64,000 nt of DNA from Balanoglossus misakiensis (taxonomy: Eukaryota > Animalia > Hemichordata): the NCBI GenBank assembly GCA_040954595.2, contig CM082596.2:9940461-10004460 (forward strand). The letters run 5' to 3'. Shown piece after piece: positions 37,608-51,962 of this stretch. Below the pieces are notes generated by a model. That model was not told the origin of the DNA and ran no database searches. It saw only the letters and a program-made list of their open reading frames with translations. Both the position numbers and the translations under genes were made by a program. Every line of letters starts with the position of its first letter. The stretch's first letter is position 1.

Positions 37608-39310
37608 TATTTTTTGATGATTTTCACCGGTTTTTTTTTTCAAAAATCGACGAACCCATGATTTTTTTCAAAATCGACGAAATTTTGAGATTTTGCAGTC
37701 GAAAATTTGTCATTTTGTTGATTTTCACCCATGTTTTTTTTAAACAATCGACGAACCCATGATTTTTTTTCAAAATCGACGAACTTTTGAGATTTGGAAA
37801 ATCGAAAATTTGTCATTTTTTGATGATTTTCACCCATGATTTTTTTCAAAATCGACGAAATTTTGAGGTTTTGCAAAGTCGAAAATGTTTCATTTTTTGA
37901 TGATTTTCGCCATGTTTTTTTTTAAAAATCAACGAACCCATGATTTTTTTTCAAAATCGACGAAATTTTGAAATTTTGCAGTCGAAAATTTGTAAATTTT
38001 TGATGATTTTCACCCATGTTTTTTTAAAAAATCAACGAACCCATGATTTTTTTTCAAAATCGACGAAATTTTGAGATTTTGCAAAGTCGAAAATTCACCC
38101 ATGTTTTTTTTCAAAAATCGACGAACCCATAATTTTTTTCAAAATCGACGAAATTTTGAGATTTTGCAAAATCAAAAATTTGTCATTTTTTGATGATTTT
38201 CACCATGATTTTTTTCAAAAATCGACCAAATTTTGAGATTTTGCAGTCGAAAATTTGTAATTTTTTGATGATTTTCACCCATGTTTTTTTTTCAAAAATC
38301 GACGAACCCATGATTTTTTTCAAAATCGACGAAATTTTGAGATTTTGCAAAGTCGAAAATTCACCCATGTTTTTTTTCAAAAATCGACGAACCCATAATT
38401 TTTTTCAAAATCGACGAAATTTTGAGATTTTGCAAAATCAAAAATTTGTCATTTTTTGATGATTTTCACCATGATTTTTTTCAAAAATCGACCAAATTTT
38501 GAGATTTTGCAGTCGAAAATTTGTAATTTTTTGATGATTTTCACCCATGATTTTTTTCAAAAATCGACGAACCCATAATTTTTTTCAAAATCGACGAAAT
38601 TTTGAAATTTCGCAAAGTTGAAAATTTGACATTTGTTGATGATTTTCATGAGCTATAGCCCATGATTTTTTTTTCAAAAATCGACGAACCCATGTTTTTT
38701 TTTCAAAAATCGACGATTTTTTGAGATTTCGCAAAGTTGAAAATTTGACATTTGTTGATGATTTTCATGAGGTATAGCCCATGATTTTTTTTTTCAAAAA
38801 TCGACGAAATTTTGAGATTTGCAAAGTCGAACATTGGTCATTTTGATGATTTTCACCCATTTTTTTTTTCAAAAATCGACGAACCCATGATTTTTTTTCA
38901 AAATCGACGAAATTTTGAGATTTTGCAAAGTCGAAAATTTGTCATTTTTTGATGATTTTCATCCATGTTTTTTTTCACAATTCAACGAACCCATGATTGT
39001 TTTCAAAATCGACGAAATTTTGAGATTTTGCAAGAACCCATGATTTTTTTCAAATTCGACGAAATTTTGAGATTTTGCAAAGTCGAAAATTTGTCATTTT
39101 TTGATGATTTTCACCCATGATTTTTTGCAAAAATCGACGAACCCATGATTTTTCTCAAAAATCGACGAAATTTTGAGATTTTGCAAAGTCGAAAATTTGT
39201 CATTTTTTGATGATTTTCATCCATGTTTTTTTTTCAAAATTCAACGAACCCATGTTTTTTTTCAAAATCGACGAAATTTTGAGATTTTGCAAGAACCCAT
39301 GATTTTTTTC
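37608..39310 (+). repeat. 78-bp satellite, T-rich orientation
   Basis: GATGATTTTCACCCATGATTTTTTTCAAAAATCGACGAAATTTTGAGATTTTGCAAAGTCGAAAATTTGTCATTTTTT units with ~26-bp sub-repeats. Confidence 0.95.
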
Positions 39311-39920
39311 AAAATCTCAAAATTTCGTCGATTTTGAAAAAAATCATGGGTTCGTCGATTTTTGAAAAAAAACATGGGAGAAAATCTTCAAAAAATGGGA
39401 ATTTTGTCGATTTTTGAAAAAAAAAATCATGGGTGAAAATCATCAAAAAATGACAAATTTTCGACTTTGCAAAATCTCAAAATTTCGTCGATTTTTGAGA
39501 AAAATCATGGGTGAAAATCATCAAAAAATGACAAATTTTCGACTTTGCAAAATCTCAAAATTTCGTCGATTTTTGAAAAAAAACATGGATGAAAATCATC
39601 GAAAAATGACAAATTTTCGACTGCAAAATCTCAAAATTTCGTCGATTTTTGAGAAAAATCATGGGTGAAAATCATCAAAAAATGACAAATTTTCGACTTT
39701 GCAAAATCTCAAAATTTCGTCGATTTTTGAAAAAAAACATGGATGAAAATCATCGAAAAATGACAAATTTTCGACTGCAAAATCTCAAAATTTTGTCGAT
39801 TTTGAAAAAAGTATGGGTTCGTCGATTTTTGAAAAAAAACATGGGAGAAAATCTTCAAAAAATGGGAATTTTGTCGATTTTTGAAAAAAAAAATCATGGG
39901 TGAAAATCATCAAAAAAAAA

Positions 39921-41910
39921 TAGCGTCAAGGACACTGTGGTCCCATTTGAGGACATAGCAAATAGCAACATAGCAATGGATGGCAAGATATGGAAAAGTA
40001 GGTCAAAGGTCACCTGAGGTCATGCAAAATTTGGGCAAGAAATTTTGACCCTATACTGGTCCAAGTTGAACAAAAACCAAACCTATAGCCCTATTGGTTA
40101 GCCTTTAATTAGGTATGCACATAATTAATGAGATATGCAGGTGTCACAGGTGACCCATATTTTGGCTTTTCAATTTTAGTCCCAACCCTCCAAACGCGAA
40201 GTCTGTATCTGCTCTGGATGCCAAGATATGATAAAGTAGGTCAAAGGTCACCTGAGGTCATGCAAAATTTGGGCAAGAAATTTTGACCTTATACTGGTCC
40301 ATGTTCAATAAAAACCAAACCTATAGCCTTATTGGTTAGCCTAGGATTAGGTATGCACATAATTAATGAGATATGCAGGTGTCACAGGTGACCCCCAATT
40401 TTGGCTTTTCAATTTTAGTGCCAACCCTCCAAACGCCAAGTCTGTACCTGCTCTAGATGCCAAGATTTGGTAAAGTAGGTCAAAGGTCACCTAAGGTCAT
40501 GCAAAATTTGGGCAAGAAATTTTGACCCTATACTGGTCCATGTTCAACAAAAACCAAACCTATAGCCTTATTGGTTAGCCTGGAATTAGGTATGCACATA
40601 ATTAATGAGATATGCAGGTGTCACAGGTGACCCTCAATTTTGGCTTCTCAATTTTAGTGCCAACCCTCCAAACGCCAAGTCTGCACCTGCTCTGGATGCC
40701 AAGATATGGAAAAGTAGGTCAAAGGTCACCTGAGGTCATGCAAAATTTGGGCAAGAAATTTTGACCCTATACTGGTCCATGTTCAACAAAAACCAAACCT
40801 ATAGCCCTATTGGTTAGCCTGGAATTAGGTATGCACATAATTAATGAGATATGCAGGTGTCACAGGTGACCCCCAATTTTGGCTTTTCAATTTTAGTGCC
40901 AACCCTCCAAACGCCAAGTCTGCACCTGCTCTGGATGCCAAGATATGGAAAAGTAGGTCAAAGGTCACCTGAGGTCATGCAAAATTTGGGCAAGAAATTT
41001 TGACCCTATACTGGTCCTTGTTCAACAAAAACCAAACCTATAGCCCTATTGGTTAGCCTGGAATTAGGTATGCACATAATTAATGAGATATGCAGGTGTC
41101 ACAGGTGACCCATATTTTGGCTTTTCAATTTTAGTCCCAACCCTCCAAACGCCAAGTCTGTACCTGCTCTGGATGCCCAGATATAGGAAAGTAGGTCAAA
41201 GGTCACCTGAGGTCACCCAAAATTTGGGCAAGAAATTTTGACCCTATACTGGTCCATGTCCCACAAGAACGAAACCTCTAGCCCTATTAATTAGCCCGGA
41301 ATTAGGTATGCACATAATTAATGTGTTAAGCAGGTGTTACAGGTGAGCCCAAAAATTTGCCTTTTATTTTGGCCCCATTGTGCTCACTGGCCAATAGACA
41401 GTCACTGTACAGGACTATTGCACAGACCAGAATTCCACAATAAGACGTGGACATAGCTTAACCATAGAGGTATAAGTAAAGGTATAAATTTAATAAAAAG
41501 ACTAAAAAATTCATAAAAAATAAAACATCCATGATATCAACTTAACACTTACAGGTCGGTGTGAGGTTGACATAAGGTACATACATATCAATTTTCAAAG
41601 CAATCTGACCAGTAAATGTTGACTTACAGAGTTTTGATCAATTTCACATTTTACAAGCTAATTTGCATATTTTTGGGCCTGGCAACTTCGTTTGGACAAA
41701 CTCCCATCTACAGCCCAGCCTGCACCTACACACCAAATATTGAGGTGATACGCGCAGCGGTTTTCAAGTTTTTGATGTGGACGGACATACAGACATACAT
41801 CCATACATCCATACATCCATACATCCATACATCCATCCATCCATACATACATACAGACGCAACCCATCCCATAAGGTCCCATGGTATATAGGCCTATACC
41901 AATGGGACCT
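39921..41910 (-). mobile_element. Complete non-autonomous Helentron-type element (HINE/DINE-1-like) with an internal tandem array
   Basis: On the minus strand: 5' AGGTCCCATTGG..CCATGGGACCT hairpin, (GTAT/GGAT)n microsatellite, core, tandem array, inverted subTIR AAATGGGACC and 3' hairpin AGTGTC-CTT-GACGCT. Inserted in a T-run of the satellite with no discernible TSD. Confidence 0.85.
39978..41370. repeat. 238-239-bp tandem repeat, ~5.8 copies
   Basis: GGTCAAAGGTCACC at 40001, 40239, 40478, 40717, 40956 and 41194. Confidence 0.95.
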
Positions 41911-44900
41911 AATGACAAATTTTCGACTTTGCAAAATCTCAAAATTTCGTCGATTTTTGAGAAAAATCATGGGTGAAAATCATCAAAAAATGACAAATTT
42001 TCGACTTTGCAAAATCTCAAAATTTCGTCGATTTTTGAAAAAAAACATGGATGAAAATCATCGAAAAATGACAAATTTTCGACTGCAAAATCTCAAAATT
42101 TCGTCGATTTTTGAGAAAAATCATGGGTGAAAATCATCAAAAAATGACAAATTTTCGACTTTGCAAAATCTCAAAATTTCGTCGATTTTTGAAAAAAACA
42201 TGGATGAAAATCATCGAAAAATGACAAATTTTCGACTGCAAAATCTCAAAATTTTGTCGATTTTGAAAAAAGTATGGGTTCGTCGATTTTTAAAAAAAAT
42301 CATGGGTGAAAATCATCAAAAAATGACAAATTTTCGACTTTGCAAGAACTTCGAGATTTTCGTCGATTTTTGAAAAAAAAAATCGTGGGGGGGGGGGGGG
42401 AAATCATAAAAAAATGACAAATTTTCGACTTTGCAAAATCTCAATATATCGTCGATTTTGGAAAAAAAAACATGGGTTCGTCGAAAAAAAACATGGGTGA
42501 AAATCATCAAAAAATGACAAATTTTCGACTTTGCAAAATCTCAAAAGTCCGTCGATTTTGAAAAAAAACATGGGTGAAAATCTTCAAAAAATGACAAATT
42601 TTCGACTTTGCAAAAACTCAAAATTTCGTCGATTTTTGAAAAAAAATGGGTGAAAATCATCAAAAATGACAAAGTTTCGACTTTGCAAAATCTCAAAATT
42701 TCATCGATTTCTGAAAAAAATCATAGGGGAAAATCATCAAAAAATGACAAATTTTCGACTGCAAAATCTTAAAATTTCGTCGATTTTTGAAAAAAAAACA
42801 TGGATGAAAATCTTAAAAAAATGACAAATTTTCGACTGCAAAATCTCAAAATTTTGTCGATTTTGAAAAAAGTATGGGTTCGTCGATTTTTAAAAAAAAT
42901 CATGGGTGAAAATCATCAAAAAATGACAAATTTTCGACTTTGCAAGAACTTCGAGATTTTCGTCGATTTTTGAAAAAAAAAAAATCGTGGGGGGGGGGGG
43001 AAATCATAAAAAAATGACAAATTTTCGACTTTGCAAAATCTCAAAATATCGTCGATTTTGGAAAAAAAAACATGGGTTCGTCGAAAAAAAAACATGGGTG
43101 AAAATCATCAAAAAATGACAAATTTTCGACTTTGCAAAATCTCAAAAGTCCGTCGATTTTGAAAAAAAATATGGGTGAAAATCTTCAAAAAATGACAAAT
43201 TTTCGACTTTGCAAAAACTCAAAATTTCGTCGATGTTTGAAAAAAAATGGGTGAAAATCATCAAAAATGACAAAGTTTCGACTTTGCAAAATCTCAAAAT
43301 TTCATTGATTTCTGAAAAAAATCATAGGGGAAAATCATCAAAAAATGACAAATTTTCGACTGCACAATCTTAAAATTTCGTCAATTTTTGAAAAAAAATC
43401 ATGGGTAAAAATCATCAATAAATGAAAAATTTTCGACTTTGCAAAATCTCAAAATTTCGTCGATTTTTGAAAAAAATCATGGATGAAAATCATCAAAAAA
43501 TGACAAATTTTCGACTTTGCAAAATTTTCAAAAATTCGTTGATTTTTGAAAAAAAATGGGTTATAGCTTATGAAAATCATCAACAAATGACAAATTTTCG
43601 ACTTTGCAAAATCTCAAAATTTCGTCGATTTTGAAAAAAATCATGGTTTCGTCGATTTTTGAAAAAAAACATGGGTGAAAATCTTCAAAAAATGACAAAT
43701 TTTCGACTTTGCAAAAACTAAAAATTTCGTCGATTTTTGAAAAAAATAATGGGTGAAAATCATCAAAAAAGACAAAGTTTCGACTTTGCAAAATCTCAAA
43801 ATTTCGTCGATTTCTGAAAAAAATCATGGGTAAAATCGTCAAAAAATGACAGATTTTCGACAGCAAAATCTTAAAATTTCGTCAATTTTTAAAAAAAAAA
43901 TCATGGGTAAAAATCATCAAAAAATGACAAATTTTCGACTTTGCAAAATCTCAAAATTTCGTCAATTTTTGAAAAAAAAATCGTGGGGGGGGGGGGAAAT
44001 CATCAAAAAAATGACAAATTTTCGACTTTGCAAATTTTGAAAAATTCGTCGATTTTAAAAAAAAAACATGGGTTCGTCCATTTTTGAAAAAAAAAACATG
44101 GGTGAAAATCATCAACAAATGACAAATGTTCAACTTTGCAAAATCTCAAAATTTCGTCGATTTTTGAAAAAAAAAAATCGTGGGGGGAGGGAAATCATCA
44201 AAAAAATGACAAATTTTCGACTTTGCAAAATTTTCAAAAATTCGTCGATTTTTGAAAAAAAAATGGGTTATAGCTTATGAAAATCATCAACAAATGACAA
44301 ATTTTCGACTTTGCAAAATCTCAAAATTTCGTCGATTTTGAAAAAAATCATGGTTTCGTCGATTTTTGAAAAAAAACATGGGTGAAAATCTTCAAAAAAT
44401 GACAAATTTTCGACTTTGCAAAAACTGAAAATTTCGTCGATTTTTGAAAAAAATAATGGGTGAAAATCATCAAAAAAGACAAATTTTCGACTTTGCAAAA
44501 TTTTGAAAAATTCGTCGATTTTAAAAAAAAAACATGGGTTCGTCCATTTTTGAAAAAAAAAAACATGGGTGAAAATCATCAACAAATGACAAATGTTCAA
44601 CTTTGCAAAATCTCAAAATTTCGTCGATTTTTGAAAAAAAAAATCGTGGGGGGAGGGAAATCATCAAAAAAATGACAAATTTTCGACTTTGCAAAATTTT
44701 CAAAAATTCGTCGATTTTTGAAAAAAAAACATGGGTTCGTCCATTTTTGAAAAAAAAAAACATGGGTGAAAATCGTCAACAAATGACAAATGTTCAACTT
44801 TGCAAAATCTCAAAATATTGTCGATTTTTGAAAAAAAACATGGGTTCGTCGATTTTTGAAAAAAAAAAAAACATGGGTGAAAATCGTCAAAAAATGACAC

Positions 44901-45608
44901 ATTTTTATCGTGGCCCCTACACGTCAATTTTAATTTATTATTTTGAAAGTTAAACTTTAATTTTAGATAGACAATATCTTTTCCCAAGAAGTAAACTTTA
45001 ATTTTGGTGGCGGCAACTAATTTTGATGGACAACACTTTTTGATTTTGACAATAAAACTTTAATTTTAATTATCACAAATTTTATTTTAGAGAACCAAAT
45101 TTTATTTTTCGAAAGCAAATTTTATTTTTTCCAAGAATAATATTTTAATAAGGATTTATTTTGTCCAAAATAAACAGTAACAACTTGAGATAAACTTATT
45201 CATACTACGTGGATTTTTTTTTCAAAAAGGTATGTTTTAATTTTTAAAGAAAAAGTTAATTTTGTAAAATAACAAATTATTTTTCCCAGGTGAAAATATT
45301 TTACGGAGTTAAATTTTAATTTACATTTAAATAACCTTTAAACACTCGAGATAAAATTATATGTACTCGATGGAATTATTTAACTTTTTAAAACAAAATG
45401 TTTTTATTGCTTAAGAAAAAACAAATATTTACTAATGTTACAAATTATTTTTCCCGGGTGAAAAGTTTATTTTACAGGGATCAATTTAATTTATAACACA
45501 CCATGCAGCGAACCCTCGATCGTGATTCGTCAATACGACGTCACGTGACCTTAGTCATTTCGAACTGTTGCCTTAGGCATCAGTTCGATAGGTTTGGTGT
45601 GTTATAAA

Positions 45609-45794
45609 ACACATGATGGCTGACATATTCGGGCAACAGTGTATTTTTAATGACCTCGGGACTGCCAGTCACACCAAAACAGTCTGTTTTCCCTCGGGCT
45701 ATGCCCTCGGGAAAACAAGACTGTTTTAGTTGTGACTAGCAGCACCCTCGGTCATCAAAATACACTGTTGCCCTCATTGTCAGTCATCATGTGT
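45609..45794. mobile_element. 186-bp hairpin MITE in the left foldback arm only
   Basis: ACACATGATGGCTGACA...TGTCAGTCATCATGTGT, centred on CCCTCGGGCTATGCCCTCGGG. Confidence 0.7.
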
Positions 45795-46556
45795 ATACTG
45801 ATTTCTAGTAACACAACTTATGGGGGCGCTCTTTCTAATGCTACTGACAAACTTTTGTTATGAGGGCGCAATTCAGGTTTCGGCGTGCGAATTTCTTTTA
45901 CATGCATGACAAAATATATTTTCAGAAAGCGAAATATTTTTTTCTTCGCGGCGGAAATGAAGCTATCCCACAATTCCCGTAAATGAGGACGTTACAGGAG
46001 TGCATAAATCCAACAAACACATGAGATGGCTATCTATCCACAGTGCAATGTTTACAGATTGTATCTACTATACTACGACCCGGGCAGACAAATCCGGACA
46101 ATCTCGCCGACGTATCGTAGACCTTTGAATGACGCTGTCGATCAAATTGAATACAAGATCTAGGGGAGTCGGTCCGTGGGAGAAATCGGCCAGGTGCGAA
46201 CTTGGCTCGTAGGATCGTTTAAATTAAAGTCCTTTAAATTATGTTTCGTGTATGCTTCACATTTTACGTGTACAGTAAACCACAGTGCTGCTCTGTCCCT
46301 GTCCCTAGGCAGTTTGTGGAGTGACCGTGGTACAGTCGCCGCCGTTTAATCAGGACACCATGAGTTATATATAGCCGCTCTAGAAAACATGACCTCAGAC
46401 AGGTCCCTCAGGACCGTGCCTCCAATTCAACGATCACGTAGATGGACGCGCTGCCGCTTATGAGGTCACTGGGGAGCTTTCCAAAGTGGTCGCGTGGAGC
46501 TGCTTCAGTCCGTCCTCGACGTGAAACACCCGAAATTGGAAGGGATAGTCGGTTAA

Positions 46557-46904
46557 AGGGACAAAGTCTCTCTCTCGCTGGCCTTTTTCCATTAATTATG
46601 TTTGATACAAGACGCCGTTTATGTTATTCTACATGTGGATATATGGTGAATCAACATTCGACCACACACAACTTCCATCTCGTTTGTAGGATATAAGAGT
46701 AAAACCTCGCCCAAAATGAATAAATTGTAAAAAACAAATATTCATTATGGCGAGTTTTTTTCACCTCTCTGTCTATAAGAGGTATGGAAGTTGTGTGTGG
46801 TTGAATGTTCATTCACTATGTATCCACATGTAGAATAACAAACGTTGTCTTTTATCAAATATAATTAATGGCAAAAAGGGCAGCGAGAGAGAGACTTTGT
46901 CCCT
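46557..46904. mobile_element. 348-bp palindromic Kolobok-type MITE
   Basis: TTAA|AGGGACAAAGTCTCTCTCTCGCTG...CAGCGAGAGAGAGACTTTGTCCCT|TTAA. Confidence 0.88.
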
Positions 46905-47760
46905 TTAATCGAATTTAAAGGACTTTAATTTAAACGATCCTACGAGCCAAGTTCGCACCTGGCCGATTTCTCCCACGGACCGACTCCCCTGGATCTTGTA
47001 TTCGATTCGATCGACAGCGTCATTTAAAGGTCTACGATGGCGGCGAGATTGTCCGGATTTGTCTGCCCGGGTCGTAGTAGATACAATCTGTAAACATTGC
47101 ACTGTGGATAGATAGCCATCTCATCTGTTTGTTGGATTTATGTACTCCTGTAACGTCCTCATGTACGGGAATTGTGGGATAGCTTCATTTCCGCCGCGAA
47201 GAATAAAATATTTTGCTTTCTGAAAATATATTTTGTCATGCATGTAAAAGAAATTCGCCCGCCGAAACCTGAATTGCGCCCTCATGAAAAAGTTTATTAG
47301 TAGCAATAGAAAGAGCGCCCCCATAAGTTGTGTAACTAGAAATTAGATAAAAATATATTTACATCTGTAAAATAAAATTTTCACCCGCGAAAAGTAATGT
47401 TACTTAAAAAAAGTTTTACAAAATTAAATATTTCTTTCCGGAAATAAAATAATTCTATGTAGTATAGATAATTTTATCTCAAGTCTTAGAAGTTTATTTT
47501 GGAAAAAAGTCTTAAAATTTTAGTCTCGGGAAAAAATAAAATTGGCTTTCGGAAATTAAACTTTTGTTCTCTAAAATAGGAGTTGTGTAAAGTAAAATTA
47601 TAGTTTTACTGTCAAAATTAAAAAGTTTACTCCACTGAAATTGAAATTGTGTGCGTCAAAATTATAGTTGCCTTCACGAAAACTTTATTTTACTTTTGGG
47701 AGGAGATATTGTCTATAATTTTGAAAGTTTAACTTTCAAAATAATATTTTAGGCCTGACA

Positions 47761-48277
47761 TGATATTCACCCATGATTGTTTTCAAAAATCGACGAAATT
47801 TTGAGATTTTGCAAAGTCGAAAATTTGTCATTTTTTGATGATTTTCACCCATGATTTTTTTCTTTTCAAAAATCGACAAATTTTGAGATTTTGCAAAGTC
47901 GAAAATTTGTAATTTTTTGATGATTTTCATCCATGTTTTTTTTCACAATTCAACGAACCCATGATTGTTTTCAAAATCGACGAAATTTTGAGATTTTGCA
48001 AGAACCCATGATTTTTTTCAAATTCGACGAAATTTTGAGATTTTGCAAAGTCGAAAATTTGTCATTTTTTGATGATTTTCACCCATGATTTTTTGCAAAA
48101 ATCGACGAACCCATGATTTTTTTCCAAAATCGACGAAATTTTGAGATTTTGCAAAGTCGAAAATTTGTCATTTTTTGATGATTTTCATCCATGTTTTTTT
48201 TTCAAAATTCAACGAACCCATGATTTTTTTCAAAATCGACGAAATTTTGAGATTTTGCAAGAACCCATGATTTTTTC
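47761..48277 (+). repeat. 78-bp satellite, T-rich orientation
   Basis: Same monomer; ~47910-48500 matches ~38940-39520, including the orientation switch. Confidence 0.9.
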
Positions 48278-51068
48278 AAAATCTCAAAATTTCGTCGATT
48301 TTGAAAAAAATCATGGGTTCGTCGATTTTTGAAAAAAAACATGGGAGAAAATCTTCAAAAAATGGGAATTTTGTCGATTTTTGAAAAAAAAAATCATGGG
48401 TGAAAAACATCAAAAAATGACAAATTTTCGACTTTGCAAAATCTCAAAATTTCGTCGATTTTTGAGAAAAATCATGGGTGAAAATCATCAAAAAATGACA
48501 AGTTTCCGACTTTGCAAAATCTCAAAATTTCATCGATTTCTGAAAAAAATCATAGGGGAAAATCATCAAAAAATGACAAATTTTCGACTGCAAAATCTTA
48601 AAATTTCGTCAATTTTTGAAAAAAATCATGGGTAAAAATCATCAATAAATGAAAAATTTTCGACTTTGCAAAATCTCAAAATTTCGTCGATTTTTGAAAA
48701 AAATCATGGGTGAAAATCATCAAAAAATGACAAATTTTCGACTTTGCAAAATTTTCAAAAATTCGTCGATTTTTGAAAAAAAAATGGGTTATAGCTTATG
48801 AAAGTCATCAACAAATGACAAATTTTCGACTGCAAAATCTTAAAATTTCGTCGATTTTTGACAAAAAAACATGGATGAAAATCATCAAAAAATGACAAAT
48901 TTTCGACTGCAAAATCTCAAAATTTTGTCGATTTTGAAAAAAGTATGGGTTCGTCGATTTTTAAAAAAAATCATGGGTGAAAATCATCAAAAAATGACAA
49001 ATTTTCGACTTTGCAAATAACTTCGAGATTTTCGTCGATTTGAAAAAAAAAAAATCGTGGGGGGGGGGGGGGGAAATCATAAAAAAATGACAAATTTCGA
49101 CTTTGCAAAATCTCAAAATATCGTCGATTTTGGAAAAAAAAACATGGGTTCGTCGAAAAAAAAACATGGGTGAAAATCATCAAAAAATGACAAATTTTCG
49201 ACTTTGCAAAATCTCAAAAGTCCGTCGATTTTGAAAAAAAACATGGGTGAAGAAATCTTCAAAAAATGACAAATTTTCGACTTTGCAAAAACTCAAAATT
49301 TCGTCGATTTTTGAAAAAAAATGGTGAAAATCATCAAAAATGACAAAGTTTCGACTTTGCAAAATCTCAAAATTTCATCGATTTCTGAAAAAAATCATAG
49401 GGGAAAATCATCAAAAAAATGACAAATTTTCGACTGCACAATCTTAAAATTTCGTCAATTTTTGAAAAAAAATCATGGGTAAAAATCATCAATAAATGAA
49501 AAATTTTCGACTTTGCAAAATCTCAAAATTTCGTCGATTTTTGAAAAAAATCATGGGTGAAAATCATCAAAAAATGACAAATTTTCGACTTTGCAAAATT
49601 TTCAAAAATTCGTCGATTTTTGAAAAAAAAATGGGTTATAGCTTATGAAAGTCATCAACAAATGACAAATTTGCGACTGCAAAATCTTAAAATTTCGTCG
49701 ATTTTTGAAAAAAAAAACATGGATGAAAATCATCAAAAAATGACAAATTTTCGACTGCAAAATCTCAAAATTTTGTCGATTTTGAAAAAAGTATGGGTTC
49801 GTCGATTTTTAAAAAAAATCATGGGTGAAAATCATCAAAAAATGACAAATTTTCGACTTTGCAAGAACTTCGATATTTTCGTCGATTTTTGAAAAAAAAA
49901 ATCGTGGGGGGGGGGGAAATCATAAAAAAATGACAAATTTTCGACTTTGCAAAATCTCAAAATATCGTCGATTTTGGAAAAAAAACATGGGTTCGTCGAA
50001 AAAAAAACATGGGTGAAAATCATCAAAAAATGACAAATTTTCGACTTTGCAAAATCTCAAAAGTCCGTCGATTTTGAAAAAAAACATGGGTGAAAATCTT
50101 CAAAAAATGACAAATTTTCGACTTTGCAAAAACTCAAAATTTCGTCGATTTTTGAAAAAAAAATGGGTGAAAATCATCAAAAATGACAAAGTTTCGACTT
50201 TGCAAAATCTCAAAATTTCATCGATTTCTGAAAAAAATCATAGGGGAAAATCATCAAAAAATGACAAATTTTCGACTGCACAATCTTAAAATTTCGTCAA
50301 TTTTTGAAAAAAAATCATGGGTAAAAATCATCAATAAATGAAAAATTTTCGACTTTGCAAAATCTCAAAATTTCGTCGATTTTTGAAAAAAATCATGGGT
50401 GAAAATCATCAAAAAATGACAAATTTTCGACTTTGCAAAATTTTCAAAAATTCGTTGATTTTTGAAAAAAAAATGGGTTATAGCTTATGAAAATCATCAA
50501 CAAATGACAAATTTTCGACTTTGCAAAATCTCAAAATTTCGTCGATTTTGAAAAAAATCATGGTTTCGTCGATTTTTGAAAAAAAACATGGGTGAAAATC
50601 TTCAAAAAATGACAAATTTTCGACTTTGCAAAACTGAAAATTTCGTCGATTTTTGAAAAAAATAATGGGTGAAAATCATCAAAAAAAAGACAAAGTTTCG
50701 ACTTTGCAAAATCTCAAAATTTCGTCGATTTCTGAAAAAAATCATGGGTAAAATCGTCAAAAAAATGACAGATTTTCGACAGCAAAATCTTAAAATTTCG
50801 TCAATTTTTGAAAAAAAATCATGGGTAAAAATCATCAAAAAATGACAAATTTTCGACTTTGCAAAATTTTCAAAAATTCGTCGATTTTTGAAAAAAAAAA
50901 CATGGGTTCGTCCATTTTTGAAAAAAAAAACATGGGTGAAAATCATCAACAAATGACAAATGTTCAACTTTGCAAAATCTCAAAATATTGTCGATTTTTG
51001 AATAAAAACATGGGTTCGTCGATTTTTGAAAAAAAAAAAACATGGGTGAAAATCGTCAAAAAATGACA
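48278..51068 (-). repeat. 78-bp satellite, A-rich orientation
   Basis: Reverse-complement monomers with the same poly-G and TTATAGCTTATG variants as 42300-44900. Confidence 0.93.
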
Positions 51069-51776
51069 CATTTTTATCGTGGCCCCTACACGTCAATTTT
51101 AATTTATTATTTTGAAAGTTAAACTTTAATTTTAGATAGACAATATCTTTTCCCAAGAAGTAAACTTTAATTTTGGTGGCGGCAACTAATTTTGATGGAC
51201 AAAACTTTTTGATTTTGACAATAAAACTTTAATTTTAATTATCACAAATTTTATTTTAGAGAACCAAATTTATTTTTCGAAAGCAAATTTTATTTTTTCC
51301 AAGAATAATATTTTAATAAGGATTTATTTTGTCCAAAATAAACAGTAACAACTTGAGATAAACTTATTCATACTACGTGGATTTTTTTTTCAAAAAGGTA
51401 TGTTTTAATTTTTAAAGAAAAAGTTCATTTTGTAAAATAACAAATTATTTTTCCCAGGTGAAAATATTTTACGGAGTTAAATTTTAATTTACATTTAAAT
51501 AACCTTTAAACACTCGAGATAAAATTATATGTACTCGATGGAATTATTTAACTTTTTAAAACAAAATGTTTTTATTGCTTAAGAAAAAACAAATATTTAC
51601 TAATGTTACAAATTATTTTTCCCGGGTGAAAAGTTTATTTTACAGGGATCAATTTAATTTATAACACACCATGCAGCGAACCCTCGATCGTGATTCGTCA
51701 ATACGACGTCACGTGACCTTAGTCATTTCGAACTGTTGCCTTGGGCATCAGTTCGATAGGTTTGGTGTGTTATAAA

Positions 51777-51962
51777 ACACATGATGGCTGACATATTCGG
51801 GCAACAGTGTATTTTTAATGACCTCGGGACTGCCAGTCACACCAAAACAGTCTGTTTTCCCTCGGGCTATGCCCTCGGGAAAACAAGACTGTTTTAGTTG
51901 TGACTAGCAGCACCCTCGGTCATCAAAATACACTGTTGCCCTCATTGTCAGTCATCATGTGT
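51777..51962. mobile_element. 186-bp hairpin MITE, copy 2
   Basis: Duplicate of 45609-45794. Confidence 0.7.

Larger units (their letters stand above)
39311..44900 (-). repeat. 78-bp satellite, inverted (A-rich) orientation, interrupted at 39921-41910
   Basis: Reverse complement of the same monomer; spurious ORFs show a 26-aa period. Confidence 0.95.
44901..47760. mobile_element. ~2.86-kb foldback (long inverted repeat) element, copy 1, non-coding
   Basis: 45800-46240 is the near reverse complement of 46912-47345; weaker complementarity continues out to ~44933/47748. Confidence 0.8.

Noticed and set aside
46442-46696. 84-aa ORF duplicated at 52610
   Set aside because: It spans the junction into a MITE; its conservation only reflects the recent duplication.
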